Positions 34,656-47,366 of a stretch of DNA of 64,000 nucleotides are shown piece by piece. The stretch spans positions 272,365 to 336,364 of the forward strand of contig NW_015177020.1 of NCBI RefSeq assembly GCF_001447785.1, in the 5' to 3' direction. Under the pieces are notes generated by a model, which saw only the letters and a program-made list of their open reading frames with translations, had not been told where the DNA came from and did no database searches. This stretch comes from Gekko japonicus. Lineage: Eukaryota. The first letter of the stretch is position 1. Each line of letters starts with the position of its first letter. A program made the position numbers and the translations under genes.

Positions 34656-35681
34656 GTGTAGTCCAATTACAATGGAGATACTATCAGCAACCAACATGCG
34701 TCCAGGTTTTCTGCATGTTTCAGTAGCCTTCTTCCAGGTCATGAGTTATCGATGGAACCAAAGAGTAACTATTCTGATAAGCAGCACAAAACGCCGTCTG
34801 TTCTCTCATTTAGCAAATCGGTTCCCTACCGGAGGTGGCTGGAGATCTCCTGACATTGCATCTGATCTCCAGGCTACAGAGGTCAAGGTCACCTGGAGAA
34901 AAGGGCTGCTTTGGAAGGCGGACCCTCCGGCATTAGACCCCATCGAAGTCCCTCCCCTCCCCAAGCCCCACCCTCCTTAGGCTCCACCCCCCAGAATCTC
35001 CAGTTATTTCCCAACCCAGAGCTAATCAACCCTAATTTGATTTTTCAGTAAAAAGCAAGAGGCAGTTGCCTTACAGATCCCCTGAGAAAGCGGCATGCAA
35101 AACGCATAGGGTTTCTCAAGTGAAATAAAATTTATTTTGCCACTGCACCAGCCAGCCCCCCCTCCCCGCCTTTTCTTCCTTGCTTCTGCATTGGCGCGGC
35201 CCTCTTTTCTGCATTCCCCTCCCCTAAACACCTAGGGACATAAGGCCCATTGTAAGGAGTGCAAACGACACCCAGCGGCCAGTGAAAAAAGGACACCGGA
35301 GTTCATTTGTTTTAAATTTCCCCAAACACCTTTAAAAACAGCATGTTAAATTTTGACATTGAACATTTAAAAATTTGACAGTTTATGGAAACGGTGACAG
35401 AAATATCACCGATGGTATTCTGTTTTGGCATTGCGGTGCTTAAATCCACGGAAATAAGATCTCGTTTCATAAGGAATCGATTTTTGCAACGTAATAGCAT
35501 TCCTATCTGCCTACCTTACAGGGCTGTTGTAAGGATAACTGAGACATGGGAAGGGCTTGGGAGAAGTTGAAACAACCACACATGTTTTGGTTACTGTAAC
35601 TTTATAATTAAACACCTCCCCAATGACCTTTTGTATTCATACAACAGAGAAATTCCTGACAGAGAAGCGATGTCTGCAGTA

Positions 35682-35724
35682 GTAGGTAGGTAGGTAGGTA
35701 GGTAGGTAGGTAGGTAGGTAGGTG
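35682..35724. repeat. (TAGG)n microsatellite
   Basis: Read directly from the sequence. Confidence 0.9.
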
Positions 35725-35933
35725 GCTACAGAGGGAAGGCCTGGAGAGCGACACACACACCGCAACTCTGAGGTGGGAGGGCCAGGGGGGGGTTAAACTG
35801 CCTTCCCTTCCCTTCAGGGGGGGGGGCTTCCCCGGGCAAGCCAAGGGAAGGCATGGGTGTGGCCTAATATGCTAATGGGTTTTTTTGCTGGTGGGTGTGG
35901 CCTATTATGCTAATGAGTTACTGCTGGGTTTTT

Positions 35934-36667
35934 NNNNNNNNNNNNNNNNNNNNNNNNNNNNNNNNNNNNNNNNNNNNNNNNNNNNNNNNNNNNNNNNNNN
36001 NNNNNNNNNNNNNNNNNNNNNNNNNNNNNNNNNNNNNNNNNNNNNNNNNNNNNNNNNNNNNNNNNNNNNNNNNNNNNNNNNNNNNNNNNNNNNNNNNNNN
36101 NNNNNNNNNNNNNNNNNNNNNNNNNNNNNNNNNNNNNNNNNNNNNNNNNNNNNNNNNNNNNNNNNNNNNNNNNNNNNNNNNNNNNNNNNNNNNNNNNNNN
36201 NNNNNNNNNNNNNNNNNNNNNNNNNNNNNNNNNNNNNNNNNNNNNNNNNNNNNNNNNNNNNNNNNNNNNNNNNNNNNNNNNNNNNNNNNNNNNNNNNNNN
36301 NNNNNNNNNNNNNNNNNNNNNNNNNNNNNNNNNNNNNNNNNNNNNNNNNNNNNNNNNNNNNNNNNNNNNNNNNNNNNNNNNNNNNNNNNNNNNNNNNNNN
36401 NNNNNNNNNNNNNNNNNNNNNNNNNNNNNNNNNNNNNNNNNNNNNNNNNNNNNNNNNNNNNNNNNNNNNNNNNNNNNNNNNNNNNNNNNNNNNNNNNNNN
36501 NNNNNNNNNNNNNNNNNNNNNNNNNNNNNNNNNNNNNNNNNNNNNNNNNNNNNNNNNNNNNNNNNNNNNNNNNNNNNNNNNNNNNNNNNNNNNNNNNNNN
36601 NNNNNNNNNNNNNNNNNNNNNNNNNNNNNNNNNNNNNNNNNNNNNNNNNNNNNNNNNNNNNNNNNNN
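35934..36667. other. Assembly gap (other N runs: 8006-8027, 14373-14406, 25229-25254, 59243-59458)
   Basis: Runs of N. Confidence 0.99.
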
Positions 36668-37050
36668 TCACTGAAGGCTAACAAAATTTTACAAATGGAA
36701 TTTTAATCAAATTGAAGCAGAAGCTTTCGTGGACTCAGACCCACTTCCTCAGAGGCAATGCCACAGCTCATAGACAAGGAGACCTTTTCCTTAGGCGATA
36801 TTAAACATACAGCAGGGTTCCGGGGGGGGGGGGGGCGATAGAAAAAACAGGAAGCCAACATGGTGCAACAACAAGGTTGTTGTTGTGAGGATAAAATGGA
36901 GGAGAGAACGATGTAGGCCCTTTGGGTGCCCACTGGGGAGACAGGTGGGATATGAATGAAGTAAATAAATGTTCAGGTTGAAACGACGTAAATCGAAAAG
37001 ATGCAGAGGCAAGGTGCATGTCATGTTCTATCAAAATGCACAAGACCTGT

Positions 37051-37582
37051 TGTCATGATCTGGGCTGTGCAAGTAAAGGCCTAGCAGGCCCAGGAAGCCT
37101 GAGTAGCGGTGGGAGGAGGCCAGGCCTACAACTCCCAGAAGTCCCTGAGAGGTTTTGGCACCAATTTTAGCCAATCACAGACAAAGGGGACTTATAACAG
37201 AAGAGCTGGGACAGAAAAAGAGCTGTTCTTTCTTCCAAGAGACCAGGGCCAGAGGGAAGGCTACTGCTGGGAGAGACCCTCACCCTGAGAGGAAGAGTGA
37301 GTAGACTCAGGTCCAACTGAGACAGTGGACTAGGGACTGTGAATCTAGTCGCATTATGTCATGTGGTTTCTCTTCACCCCCTTATCGCTATTGTTTTGCA
37401 CCTTGTTTGTTTCACATATTTGACTGACCTCCTATAAAAATAAACCTCTTATTTGTTGTTTACTCTACCTGGTCCTCAAGCCTATTATTAGGCCAAATAA
37501 GGGAGGTCTGAAGGTCTTGGGAAGGTGCTCTGGGCCTTCTCAAGGGATCCTAAAACCAGAGCGGTGGCAGGGTTAGGTGACG
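37051..37582 (+). mobile_element. Probable solo LTR
   Basis: TGTCA...TGACG ends, flanks CCTGT/TCTGT, internal CCAAT, TATAA and AATAAA. Confidence 0.55.
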
Positions 37583-37636
37583 TCTGTGATGGGCCACTTC
37601 TCTAGTTTAGCTAAGCAAGTTAAAAAGGTTTATTAA

Positions 37637-38434
37637 GGCCCCGGTCATACGGGAGGATTTGCCCCACAAGAGCGACAGATTGGGGGCGCATCAGGCGGGC
37701 GCGATCACACCACAACGTCTGGGAAGCGTCACGCACCCGTCCCCAATCTGCCGCTTTGGCCCATAAACGCGCATTAAAAAGGTACTACCCAAAGAGCACT
37801 ATCTTCCGGATAATGCGCGGCAACTTCAGGCGTCTGGTCGGGGAAGCGCTGGTAGCCCGTCACAGCCAGCGCCGTTGCCCGTCCCACGCATGCACACAAA
37901 TGTACAACATCCGTTTAGCTGTGCTACGTCCAGGGCTATTTTTGGGCAGGAACGCACAGGAACGGAGTTCCGGCTGGCTCCCAAGTTGGCCACACCCAAC
38001 AGCAGGAACTCATTAGGATTGGCTACATTAGGGGTGTGTGGCCTAACATGCAAAGGAGTTCCTGCTACAAAAAAAGCCCTGGGTTTTGACGACAAACAAG
38101 GTAAACAGAATAAGAAGCAAAAGGTGGGTGTGGCTGGATGACCACACTTCTGGTAACATGGGAATGCGGCCTAATATGCTAATGAGTGGTGCAAGTCAGG
38201 GGTGTGGCCTAATATGCTAATACGTTTCTGCTGCTGGGTGTGGCCTATTATGCAAATGAGTTCCTGCTGGACTTTTTCTACAAAAAAAGCCCTGGCTACG
38301 TCTGATCGCCTGCCGAAGGGCCCAGAGCACGGAGCCACGGGGGCGCGTCAGATCACACACCCACAGTTCTTTTTGCTCCGGCTCTACTTTGCCTCCCTTC
38401 AGCAGTGCAGTACCCCACTCGTGTGACTGGGACC
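37637..38434. mobile_element. PIF/Harbinger-like element with a nested hAT MITE (37931-38294)
   Basis: Outer TIR GGCCCCGGTCA with TAA TSD; inner element has the perfect TSD GCTACGTC. Confidence 0.85.
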
Positions 38435-39878
38435 TAAGACAGTAAATACTTATAATTAAGGAATCCCAGGTCTTTATTCAGCCCTTGGGGAAAGTTAAAC
38501 CTTTGATGAATTCTAATTTAGCACTTTCATGTTAGTGTCTCCCTTTGCAGCTCTTTTATTGGAGAATGCTGAGTTTTATATCAGCAATAGTAAAAGAGGA
38601 ACTATGCACTGCAATGCAGCATTCCCCTCTAACTACTGCTCCAGGCTCCCTATGGCTTTGATAATCTCACTAGCGACTGGCCCTGTTCAGACAACATCAT
38701 CTGGAATGATAAAGTTCATTTGTTTCATTCCATTTTTATCCCACACTTCCTCCAAAAAGCTCAAGGTTAGCTGACCTGGATAGCCCAGGCAAGCCCGATC
38801 TTGTCAGATCTCGGAAGCTAAGCAGGGTCGACCCTGGCAAGTACTTGGATGAGAGACCTCCGTGAAATACCAGCGGGGGCAGGCTTTATTCAGCCACCTC
38901 TCTGAATATCCTCTAGGCCTCCAGTAGGGGTCAGTCACCAGAGGTTGCTATGGCTTCCAGGTGCACACACCAACAAACACACATGCACATCAAAATACAG
39001 AAATACTCCCCAAAAGCTCAAGGTGGTATATATTCCCCTTCCCCTTCCCATGTTAACCTCACAACAACCCTGTGAGGTAGCATAGGCTGAGAGTGAGTGG
39101 TTGTTTCCAAGTCACCCTGTGAACTTTGGGGCTAAGGGCCTAAGGATGTGTTATGCTGTTCCCAGGTCCACCCCAGGTTCTATCAAACCGGAGATTTCCA
39201 TGTTCTTAGCTGGCTGCATTTTTGAAACTTAGTTCTCCAGCCTTTGGGAGCAGAATTCAGAATGGGAACACAACACGGGGCGGGGGGGGGGGGCAAAGAG
39301 GATAAAGCCTTTCTCCCCTGCTATCTTCCTGACCTGATTTGGCTACACCACACTGCTATCTGCCCCACTGGGGAAACGTACACATACTGATGGACTATAT
39401 ATCAGTTTCCAGGGCTCTCCACGGGCCCTTGAGGTAGGGAAAAAGGGAAAGCTGCCTGGGCTAAGTGTGAAAGTCAGGATCTTAAATGACTCGGAAACAG
39501 AGGTAGCGTGATGTGAAGCTTGACCAGTGAGGTCTCTGTCACCCCAACTCTTTACCTAACAGACTTAACCGAAGTGGTTTTTGAATGTAGTAAGTTCAGC
39601 ACCCATGAGGGAAACCGGAAAAGAGTGGTAACTTTTATTTACCCTCAGGGGTAGGGGAATAAGGTGGGTCAGGAAAGAGGATAGAAGCTCTTTACAGGTG
39701 CAACACAGTCTTGCTGGGCCCGTTCATTTCTAAGGTTCTGGCGGATAGTTTAGGGGATGCAGAAAGCAGTGATCAGCCATGTTTTCCCTAGAAACTAGAC
39801 TCTAAGACACCTCAGCTTCTTAGCAAAGGATTTGTTTTGGTCCAACCTTCTGGAGGCAAAATCCTATTTCCAGCCATT

Positions 39879-40488
39879 AAGAAGAAGAAGAGGAGGAGGA
39901 CAACGAGGAGGAGGAGATTGGATTTATACCCCGCCCTTCACTACCCAAGGGAGTCTCAGAGCGGCTTACAAACTCCTTTCCCTTCCCCTCCCCCTCCCCA
40001 CAACAGACGCCCTGTGAGGTGAGAGAGCCAGTTTGGTGTAGTGGTTAAGTGTGCGGACTCTAATCTGGAAGAACCGGGTTTGATTCCCCACTCCTCCACT
40101 TGCACCTGCTGATGTGACCTTGGGTCAGTCACAAGCTCTGGCACAGCTGTCCTTGAAAAAGAGCAGTTTGTGTCAGAGTTCTCTCAGCCCCACCTACCTC
40201 ACAGGGTGTCTGTTGTGGGGAGGGGAAGGGAAAGGAGTTTGTAAGCCGCTCTGAGACACCTTTGGGTAGTGAAGAGCGGGGTATAAATCCAATCTCTTCT
40301 TCTTCTTCTTCTTCTTCTAGGTGGGGCTGAAGGAGCTCTGACAGAAACTGCTCTTTTTTAAGAACAGCTGTGCCAGAGCTATGGCTTGCCCAGCATCATC
40401 CAGCAGGTGCAAGTGGAGGAGTGGGGAATCAAACCCGGTTCTCCCAGGTTAGAGTCCGCACACTTAACCACTACACCAAACTGGCTCT
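39879..40488. mobile_element. Two nested tRNA-derived SINEs of one family (plus-strand copy 40022-40317 inside a minus-strand copy)
   Basis: The outer copy is split at CTGTGAGGT|AGGTGGGG. Confidence 0.85.
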
Positions 40489-40631
40489 CACCAGTTTAGT
40501 ACTTTCACCAGCTCTTGCTCCAAAAGCAGACTCTGAGTCTTTTGGAAGTTTCCTGAGACAAGACCTCTCCAACATAATGCTCTGAAATCACGAGACCTAA
40601 AAGCCCTGGCCTACATGGTCCAGGCTATCTA

Positions 40632-41600
40632 GAGCCCATTACGCACGTACACCTTCCTGCAGATTGTCAGAGCAGTAAGCCTTTAATCTTGACTTCGGAT
40701 TCTGTGCCCACCTTATGCCCTATTCTTTTCCTCTGGTGTATTTATTCTGTACCTACATAAAAAAAAACATCCTTTTCAAAATCGAGGTGGAACATCACTT
40801 GTGACATGTTGGGGGGTGTCCAAAGTTTTTTTTTTAAAAAAGGTACGCAATTTCTCCATTGCTGCACAGTAGCATCCAGCAAATGCCTTCCATTTAAATC
40901 CTTGTGGTTTAGGTTTTACGCGTGCATAGTGTTCGTTCATTGAATGAAAGGGAACACAAAAAGGCATGCAGGCAAAGGGGGAAAGCCTGATGTTGGAATT
41001 GACAAGACCTTTTTTTGATACTGACAAGCAGCTGCAAAGCCCCATTTTCCATATTGCCAAACACTAGAGGATTCTCTGCTGTGTTATTGGCCACTGTGAA
41101 ACATGGAAAAGAGTCACATGATCTCATGATATGGGGAAAACATGTTGAGTGTACAGAATGCATGGTAGAACTTACTGGCGCTGGCATTGCAAGCTGTGAT
41201 CGTTGGCAACGTGTTTGGGTGTGTGCACATGTCTGTGCAAAGTCCGCTGCGACGCCACCACGCTTTGCATTGGGCTGCAATTTGTATGGGGGAGGAGTTC
41301 TCTGGCAGAAGGTGCAGAGTGGGTGGAACGGCCTCGGTGTGTGGGGGGGTGACCTTCAAGGGGCGGCAAAAGGGTGGTGGTGGGGGAACCTGAGGGACTC
41401 TGTCCGCTTTTGAATTACCTTCCGCTTGGAAGTGAAACAAGGGGGAAATCGGCACAAAGGCACTCTCAGAAAACCCAGGGAAACAGCAACCAGAAAGCAA
41501 AGTGAGGGCTGAAGGGAGTAAAATCGATGCAGAACAAGAAAGAAAACCCAGCGGACGTGCACGGCGAAAGCGAGGGAAGGCACCCGTGCATAATAGGCCC
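40632..41600. mobile_element. Possible PIF/Harbinger-like non-autonomous element
   Basis: Imperfect 16-bp TIRs GAGCCCATTACGCACG / CGTGCATAATAGGCCC; TSD not clean. Confidence 0.45.
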
Positions 41601-42881
41601 TGACTCATTGGATCTTGGAAGCTAAGCAGGGTTAGCCCTGGATGGTACTTGGATAGGAGCCCACAAAGGTGGTCCAGGGTTGCTACACAGGGGCAGGCAA
41701 TGGCGAGCCACCTCTGAATGAACCTTGCCTTGCAAACCCTACAGGGTCACCGTTAAGTCAGCCGCAACTTAACAGCACTTTCTACCACCATCTAGCTAAC
41801 AGTATGGTGCAGCTGTTCAGAGAGGTGGACCATAAGCTGGAGAGAACCCAATTTGGTTCCTTGCTCCTTCTCCACAGGAAGCCTGCTGGGTGACCTTGGG
41901 CCAGTCGCGGTTCTCTCAGAACTCTCCCAGCCCCCCCCCCCACCTCACAAGGTGCCTGTTGTGGCGAGAGGAAAAGAAGGCAATTGTAAGCCACTTTGAG
42001 ACTCCTTAAGGTGAAGGAAAACTGGGAGACTGAGAGACCCTCCTCTTTCACTTCCTAGCCGCCCCCCCCCCCAGTCCTTCCAGGGATCCTGAGTAGCTGC
42101 TCGCTGCTCTGTTCATACCAAACATGACTAAAAGGGATCAGTGTCCCCCCGTCCCCGTCCACAGAAAGGCCAGGACCTTTACTCGTCTTTCACAGTAAGG
42201 TGGAAGCCCCCTCTTCCAATGCACCGTGGTCTCTATTCAGTTTGAGTCCTAGACCTGCACTGTAACCGTTAACACCACACTAATTATTGAAATCGATGGC
42301 ATGATCTCAGCTGGAGCCTTCATCCCAGACTTATCTACACGGAGCTGAATATCTAACTGGAGCCCATATGCATACAGCTATATGACTTATTCTGTGCAAA
42401 CCACAATTCTGAAACGTAGCACTCCCAAGTGTGAGGAGAGCACTATAGATGTATTGTTGTACATGCAGAGGCAACTGAATACATAAAAGCCAGTCCGAGG
42501 TAGTGGTTAAGAGTGGGGAGGGGCCGTAGCTCAGTGGAAGAGCCTCTGCTTTGCATGCAGAAGATCCCAGGTTCAATCCCCGGCATCTCCAGTTAAAAGG
42601 ACCAGGCGGTAGAAGAAGAAGAAGAAGAAGAGATTGGATGTATACCCCGCCCTTCACTCGGAGTCTCAGAGTGGCTTACAATCCCTTTCCCTTCCCCTCC
42701 CCACAACAGACACCCTGTCAGGTTACCATAGAGTTTTTTCTCAAACACTAAAGCGCCCCCCTGCAACGTGCTGTGCATGATGACGTCACTTCTGGTGATG
42801 TCATTGTGGCACGCGCACCAAAAACTCCCGGGCACAGAGAGGGACGCCCCAATGGCAGCCAGGTAAGAGCTGGCAACCCTA

Positions 42882-42928
<47 letters not shown>

Positions 42929-45049
42929 AGATAGATGACAGAGAGACAGGGAGAGGAAGAAGAAGAGGAGGAGGAGGAGGAGGAGGAAGAGGAAGAGATT
43001 GGATTTATACCCCACCCTTCACTTGGAGTTTCAGAGCGGCTGACAAACTCCTTTCCCTTCCCCTCCCCACAACAGACACCCTGTGAGGTAGGTGGGGCTG
43101 AGAGAGCTCTTTCAAAGACTGCTCTTTCAAGTACAGCTCTGACAGAACTATGGTTTGCCCAAGTGGAGAAGTGGGGGAATCAAACCAGGTTCTCCCCAAT
43201 TAGAGTCCAGATTAGAGTAGGTGAAAGACCTCAGCCTGAGACCCTGGAAAGCTTCTGCCAGTCTGAGTAGACAGTACTGACACTGATGGGCTGATTCAGC
43301 ATAAGGCAGCTTCATATGTGTACTCCCCAGAAGAGTGTTGGGCTAGAATCTGGGAGACCCAGGTTCGAATCCCCACTCGTGCCGTGGAAGGTCACTGAGA
43401 GGAGTAAAAGAAGAAGAGGATGGATTTATACCCCTCCCTTCACTACCCAAAGGAGTCTCAGAGAGGCTTACAATCTCCTTCCCCTCCCCACAACAGACAC
43501 CCTGTGAGGCAGTTGGGGCTGAGAGAGCTCTTTCGAGGACTGCCCGTGAGAGAACAGCTCTGAGAGAACTTGTGGCTGACCCGAGGTCACACCAGCAGCG
43601 GCAACTGGAAGAGTGGGGAATCAAACCCGGTTCTTCCAGACTAGAGCCCATGCTCCTAACCACTACACCAAACTGGCTCTCTAGGCCGGTCACACTCTCT
43701 CAGCCTCACCCACCTATTCTGAGGATAAAATGGAGGACCGGAGAATGATGTAAGTTGCTTTGGGTCCCCATCAGTGTCCCCCCTAAGCTGAGTTAGTGTG
43801 AGCCAGCTCACAGATTTTTAGCCTCCGGCTCACACCTTTTTGTCTTAGCTCAGGAAGGGAGGGCTCCAGAGCAAACTAATTTATGCAGCAGCCACATCGC
43901 TTGCTCACAACATTAATGCCAGTAGATCACAAAGTAGGATTTTTGCTCGCAAGACTCCACAGCTCAGAGGGAGCATTGGACTCCACTGGGGAGAAAGGTA
44001 AAGGTAAAGGTTCCCTTGCTCGAAAGCCAGTCGAATCCGACTCTAGGGTTGCGGTGCTCATCTCCGTTTCAAAGCCGAAGAGCCAGCGCTGTCCGAAGAC
44101 GTTTCCGTGGTCATGTGGCCGGCATGACTAAACACCAAGGCGCACGGAACGCTGTTACCTTCCCACCGAAGTGGTACCTCTTTATCTACTTGCAATTTCT
44201 TGCTTTCGAACTGCTAGGTTGGCAGGAGCTGGAACTAGAGACAGGAGCTCACCCTGTCTTGCGGCACCCGGGTCTTGAACCGCTGAACTACTGACCTTCC
44301 ACAGCCTGCAGTTCAGCGTCTTAACCACTTGAGCCACCGCAGAAAAGCCAAGCATAAATAAAGCAAAATAAACCCCACCCTCAAGAGCTTACAGTCACCC
44401 TAGATATGTCAAACGAATAGGGTTGCTGCTGCCCCTGTGTTTTAAAACCCCCAGAAACAGTCTTTTTGTGCCACGAACACTTAGCTTCTCAAAGTCAGCA
44501 CCATAGCCAGATCTCTACACTTACGTAAATTTAGAAGCAGAATACCCATGGACTGGGACACTGCCCCATCCGAACTAATATTTACATGCAGTCTAAACCA
44601 ACACAAACTATCGATTTCTACTCGATTCACCTTTCAGTATTGTGATAATTTTCGGCCTAACCATCTCTGGAAATCCAAAAGGAAGGGCCGACAACGGCAA
44701 AATTAACACCTCTTATACATAATAGACCAACTTCAGAATTTCAAGGAAAATAGGAAGTTTTTTAAATTTACATAGCTGAAAATCAAGAACAAAATTAAAT
44801 CTCAGGAAAGCTCCTCCCCTGCCACAATTTTCTTTTAGTCTTTAAGGTGCTACTGGACTTCGCTCTTTTCTACTGCTAGGTAATGCATATTTCCACAATT
44901 AAAATGTTATTAGATTTGAAGATAGATGGGAAAGACAGAATGAGGGTATTTAAACAGAAGTGAAATATTACAAAGTAAATTTAAGCAAGTTCTATATAAG
45001 TGTATGATTTTGCGTACAAATGAATACAGTATATATTTTATGTATGTAT

Positions 45050-46431
45050 TGTTAGAGAATGAACTTGATATTTACTTTATGGAGTATATTTATTGCTACA
45101 CACAATGGACTGTGCACACACACATAGGCTCAAAGAACTGTACACTTTAAGTCACCTGTTGTGATGCTACACGTAGAAGGTGCCTGCACATGCCTTACAC
45201 GTGAATAAGGTTTCAACTACACAGTTACCAGCCTGGTGAAAGAAGCACACGCCTCCATTATTGTGAGCAATGAGAAACAACAGCTCTGAGCAGAGACAGC
45301 CCCCATTGCTGAACTGTTTGTAGTCACAGGAACGCACAGGAACGGAGTTCCGGTTGGCTCCTGAGTTGGCCACACCCATCAGGAACTCATTAGCATAATA
45401 GGCCACACCCAACAGCAGAAACTCATTAGGATTGGCTACATTAGGGATGTGTGGCCTAACATACAAAGGAGTTCCTGCTACAAAAAAAGGCCCTGGGTTT
45501 TGACAACAAATAAGGTAAACAGAATAAGAAGCAAAAGGTTACTTCTGGTAACATGGGGGTGTTGCCTAATATGCTAATGAGCTGTGCTGTCAGGGTGTGG
45601 CTTAATACGCTAATGAGTTCCTGCTGGGCTTTGTCTACAAAAAAAGCCCTGCGTACCACCCATCAACTGCTTTGTTCCTACTTTGGTATTTCCTGCCAAA
45701 TGGACATTTGGTTCACAATAAGAATGGCCCAGCTTCATCAACACTACAATGAAGTTTCCTTACGCCAAGGTTTTCACACCTGTCCAGATGCCATCCTTTG
45801 AGTAAGGTTTTAGGTTACAATATTGGCCACCCCTCTTAGGTAACCACCCCTCCCTCCATGCAACCAATAGGATTGTTTTTGGGACGGACTAACAGGTAGG
45901 TGGGACAAGAGGTTGGCACGGTTACCGCCCATCTCTTGAACCCACTAGAAAAGGAGAGAACCAGTCACCTGGCCCCTCCTACTTGATCAACTACCATCTC
46001 CCCTGCAACTACCCCTGTTCGCTTTTACCCCTCTTAAGTCCCCCTTGCTATCCCCAACCCTTGCCTCTACTGCCCACGCGTTCCGGCTGGTTCTGGTCGT
46101 GTGTGAATTCCTTCATTTTCTATTTCTTCCCATCCATTCTTCATTGGAACAACCAAGCTGCGGGACAGATAAGTATCGCCCACCATCACCCCTACCTGCT
46201 AATGCAAACGTGCTTATTTTAACACTGTAATTCTAAGGAACTTGATTGAATGTGTGAGTGCATCAGTATTGTTTGTCTGAGATATATTATTAAGTAAAAG
46301 ACATCTATTTTAACCACAACAGCCTCGGATCCTTTACTGGAAACCCTTGGTGGGAACAGGACCTTGGTATAAACTGGCAAGAACCCATTTATAAACTGCC
46401 AATTGTTGTAAATAAAGCAATTCGGCTAACA
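45050..46431 (+). mobile_element. Solo LTR with a nested hAT MITE (about 45327-45651)
   Basis: TGTTAG...CTAACA ends; 4-bp TSD GTAT; internal CCAAT and polyA-like signals. Confidence 0.7.
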
Positions 46432-47323
46432 GTATGTCTGCAAATTGAAATGAAAATCTATTAAAAAGACAAAATAAAGGTCCATTTAGGCTCCTCCTCC
46501 TTTTCTTGAAGGCTCCACCCCCCCCGCTACATGATTCATGAGAAAGGGACAGTGGGGAGTATATTCCTTTCCCATTTTTGCATTTTTTCCAGGTAGTGTT
46601 CCAGAGTGGACAAAATTACAGTCCTTCCCATTGTATCCTTAGAATATCCCTTTGAAGTAGGCTAGCTGAGACATTTTGACTGTTCCGTGGTCAACCAGTC
46701 AGCTTCATCCTGGGACTCCCCCAGTCTTAGACGGCCAGGGCTTCCTGGGGAGTCGGGTTGCCAACCTCCAGGTGATATCTGGAGATCTCCTGGGATTACA
46801 GCTGAGCTCCAGGCAACAGAGATCAGGTCACCTGGAGGAAATGGCTGTTTTGGAGTGTGGGCTCTATGGCATTATGCCCCCACCGAAGCCCCTCCCCTCC
46901 CCCAACCCCACCCTCCTCAGGCTCCACCCTTCCAAATCTCCAGGTATTTCCCAATCCAAAGACGACAACCCGACTGGGGAGAGGCAGTGATTGTGAAACC
47001 TGTTTTCAGTTCAGTCCTTTTCCAGCTAAACCCAAACATGTCCTCTACTGCTGGACAAGCATATTTTGAACACAGAAGAAAGATCCATTGGTGAATTGCC
47101 AAAGAACCTTCTTTGGTCCAGAGTTCAGCTTTCAGAGATGGACCGCATCCAAAATGTGGTGGCCTGAGGACAGACGAACTGCAGTCTGCCACTTCACAAC
47201 AAGTCGAAAATTAACCGTTCTGGTAGGACAGACCTGGTAGTCTGCGGAGTCTCTACTGCAGGAGCTTCAGATCTGCCCAAAAGACCTCTGTGGCCACCCC
47301 CCACCCTCTTCCCCCCCCAACAG

Positions 47324-47366
47324 ATGGATGACGACAAAGTTCAAGGTGACATACGGAATTACACAG
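47324..47366 (+). CDS. Hepatic lectin-like gene 2, exon 1 (MDDDKVQGDIRNYT(E))
   Basis: 43 nt, same length and donor (CAG|GTAAAG) as gene 1 exon 1. Confidence 0.85.

Noticed and set aside
35885-36706. Long ORFs of 250-270 aa (and similar ones at 59062-59565)
   Set aside because: They consist of X residues across assembly gaps.
38772-38880. Possible 5S rRNA gene
   Set aside because: The 5' and 3' ends differ from 5S, and the head recurs in many diverged dispersed copies, so it is a SINE3.
42515-42590. Possible tRNA gene
   Set aside because: The tRNA-like head continues into a SINE body shared with 48563 and 60065.
47153-47222. Upstream in-frame coding exon for lectin 2 (MWWPEDRR...TVL)
   Set aside because: The homologous frame in copy 1 contains a stop, so promoter conservation is the simpler explanation; not fully excluded without RNA data.
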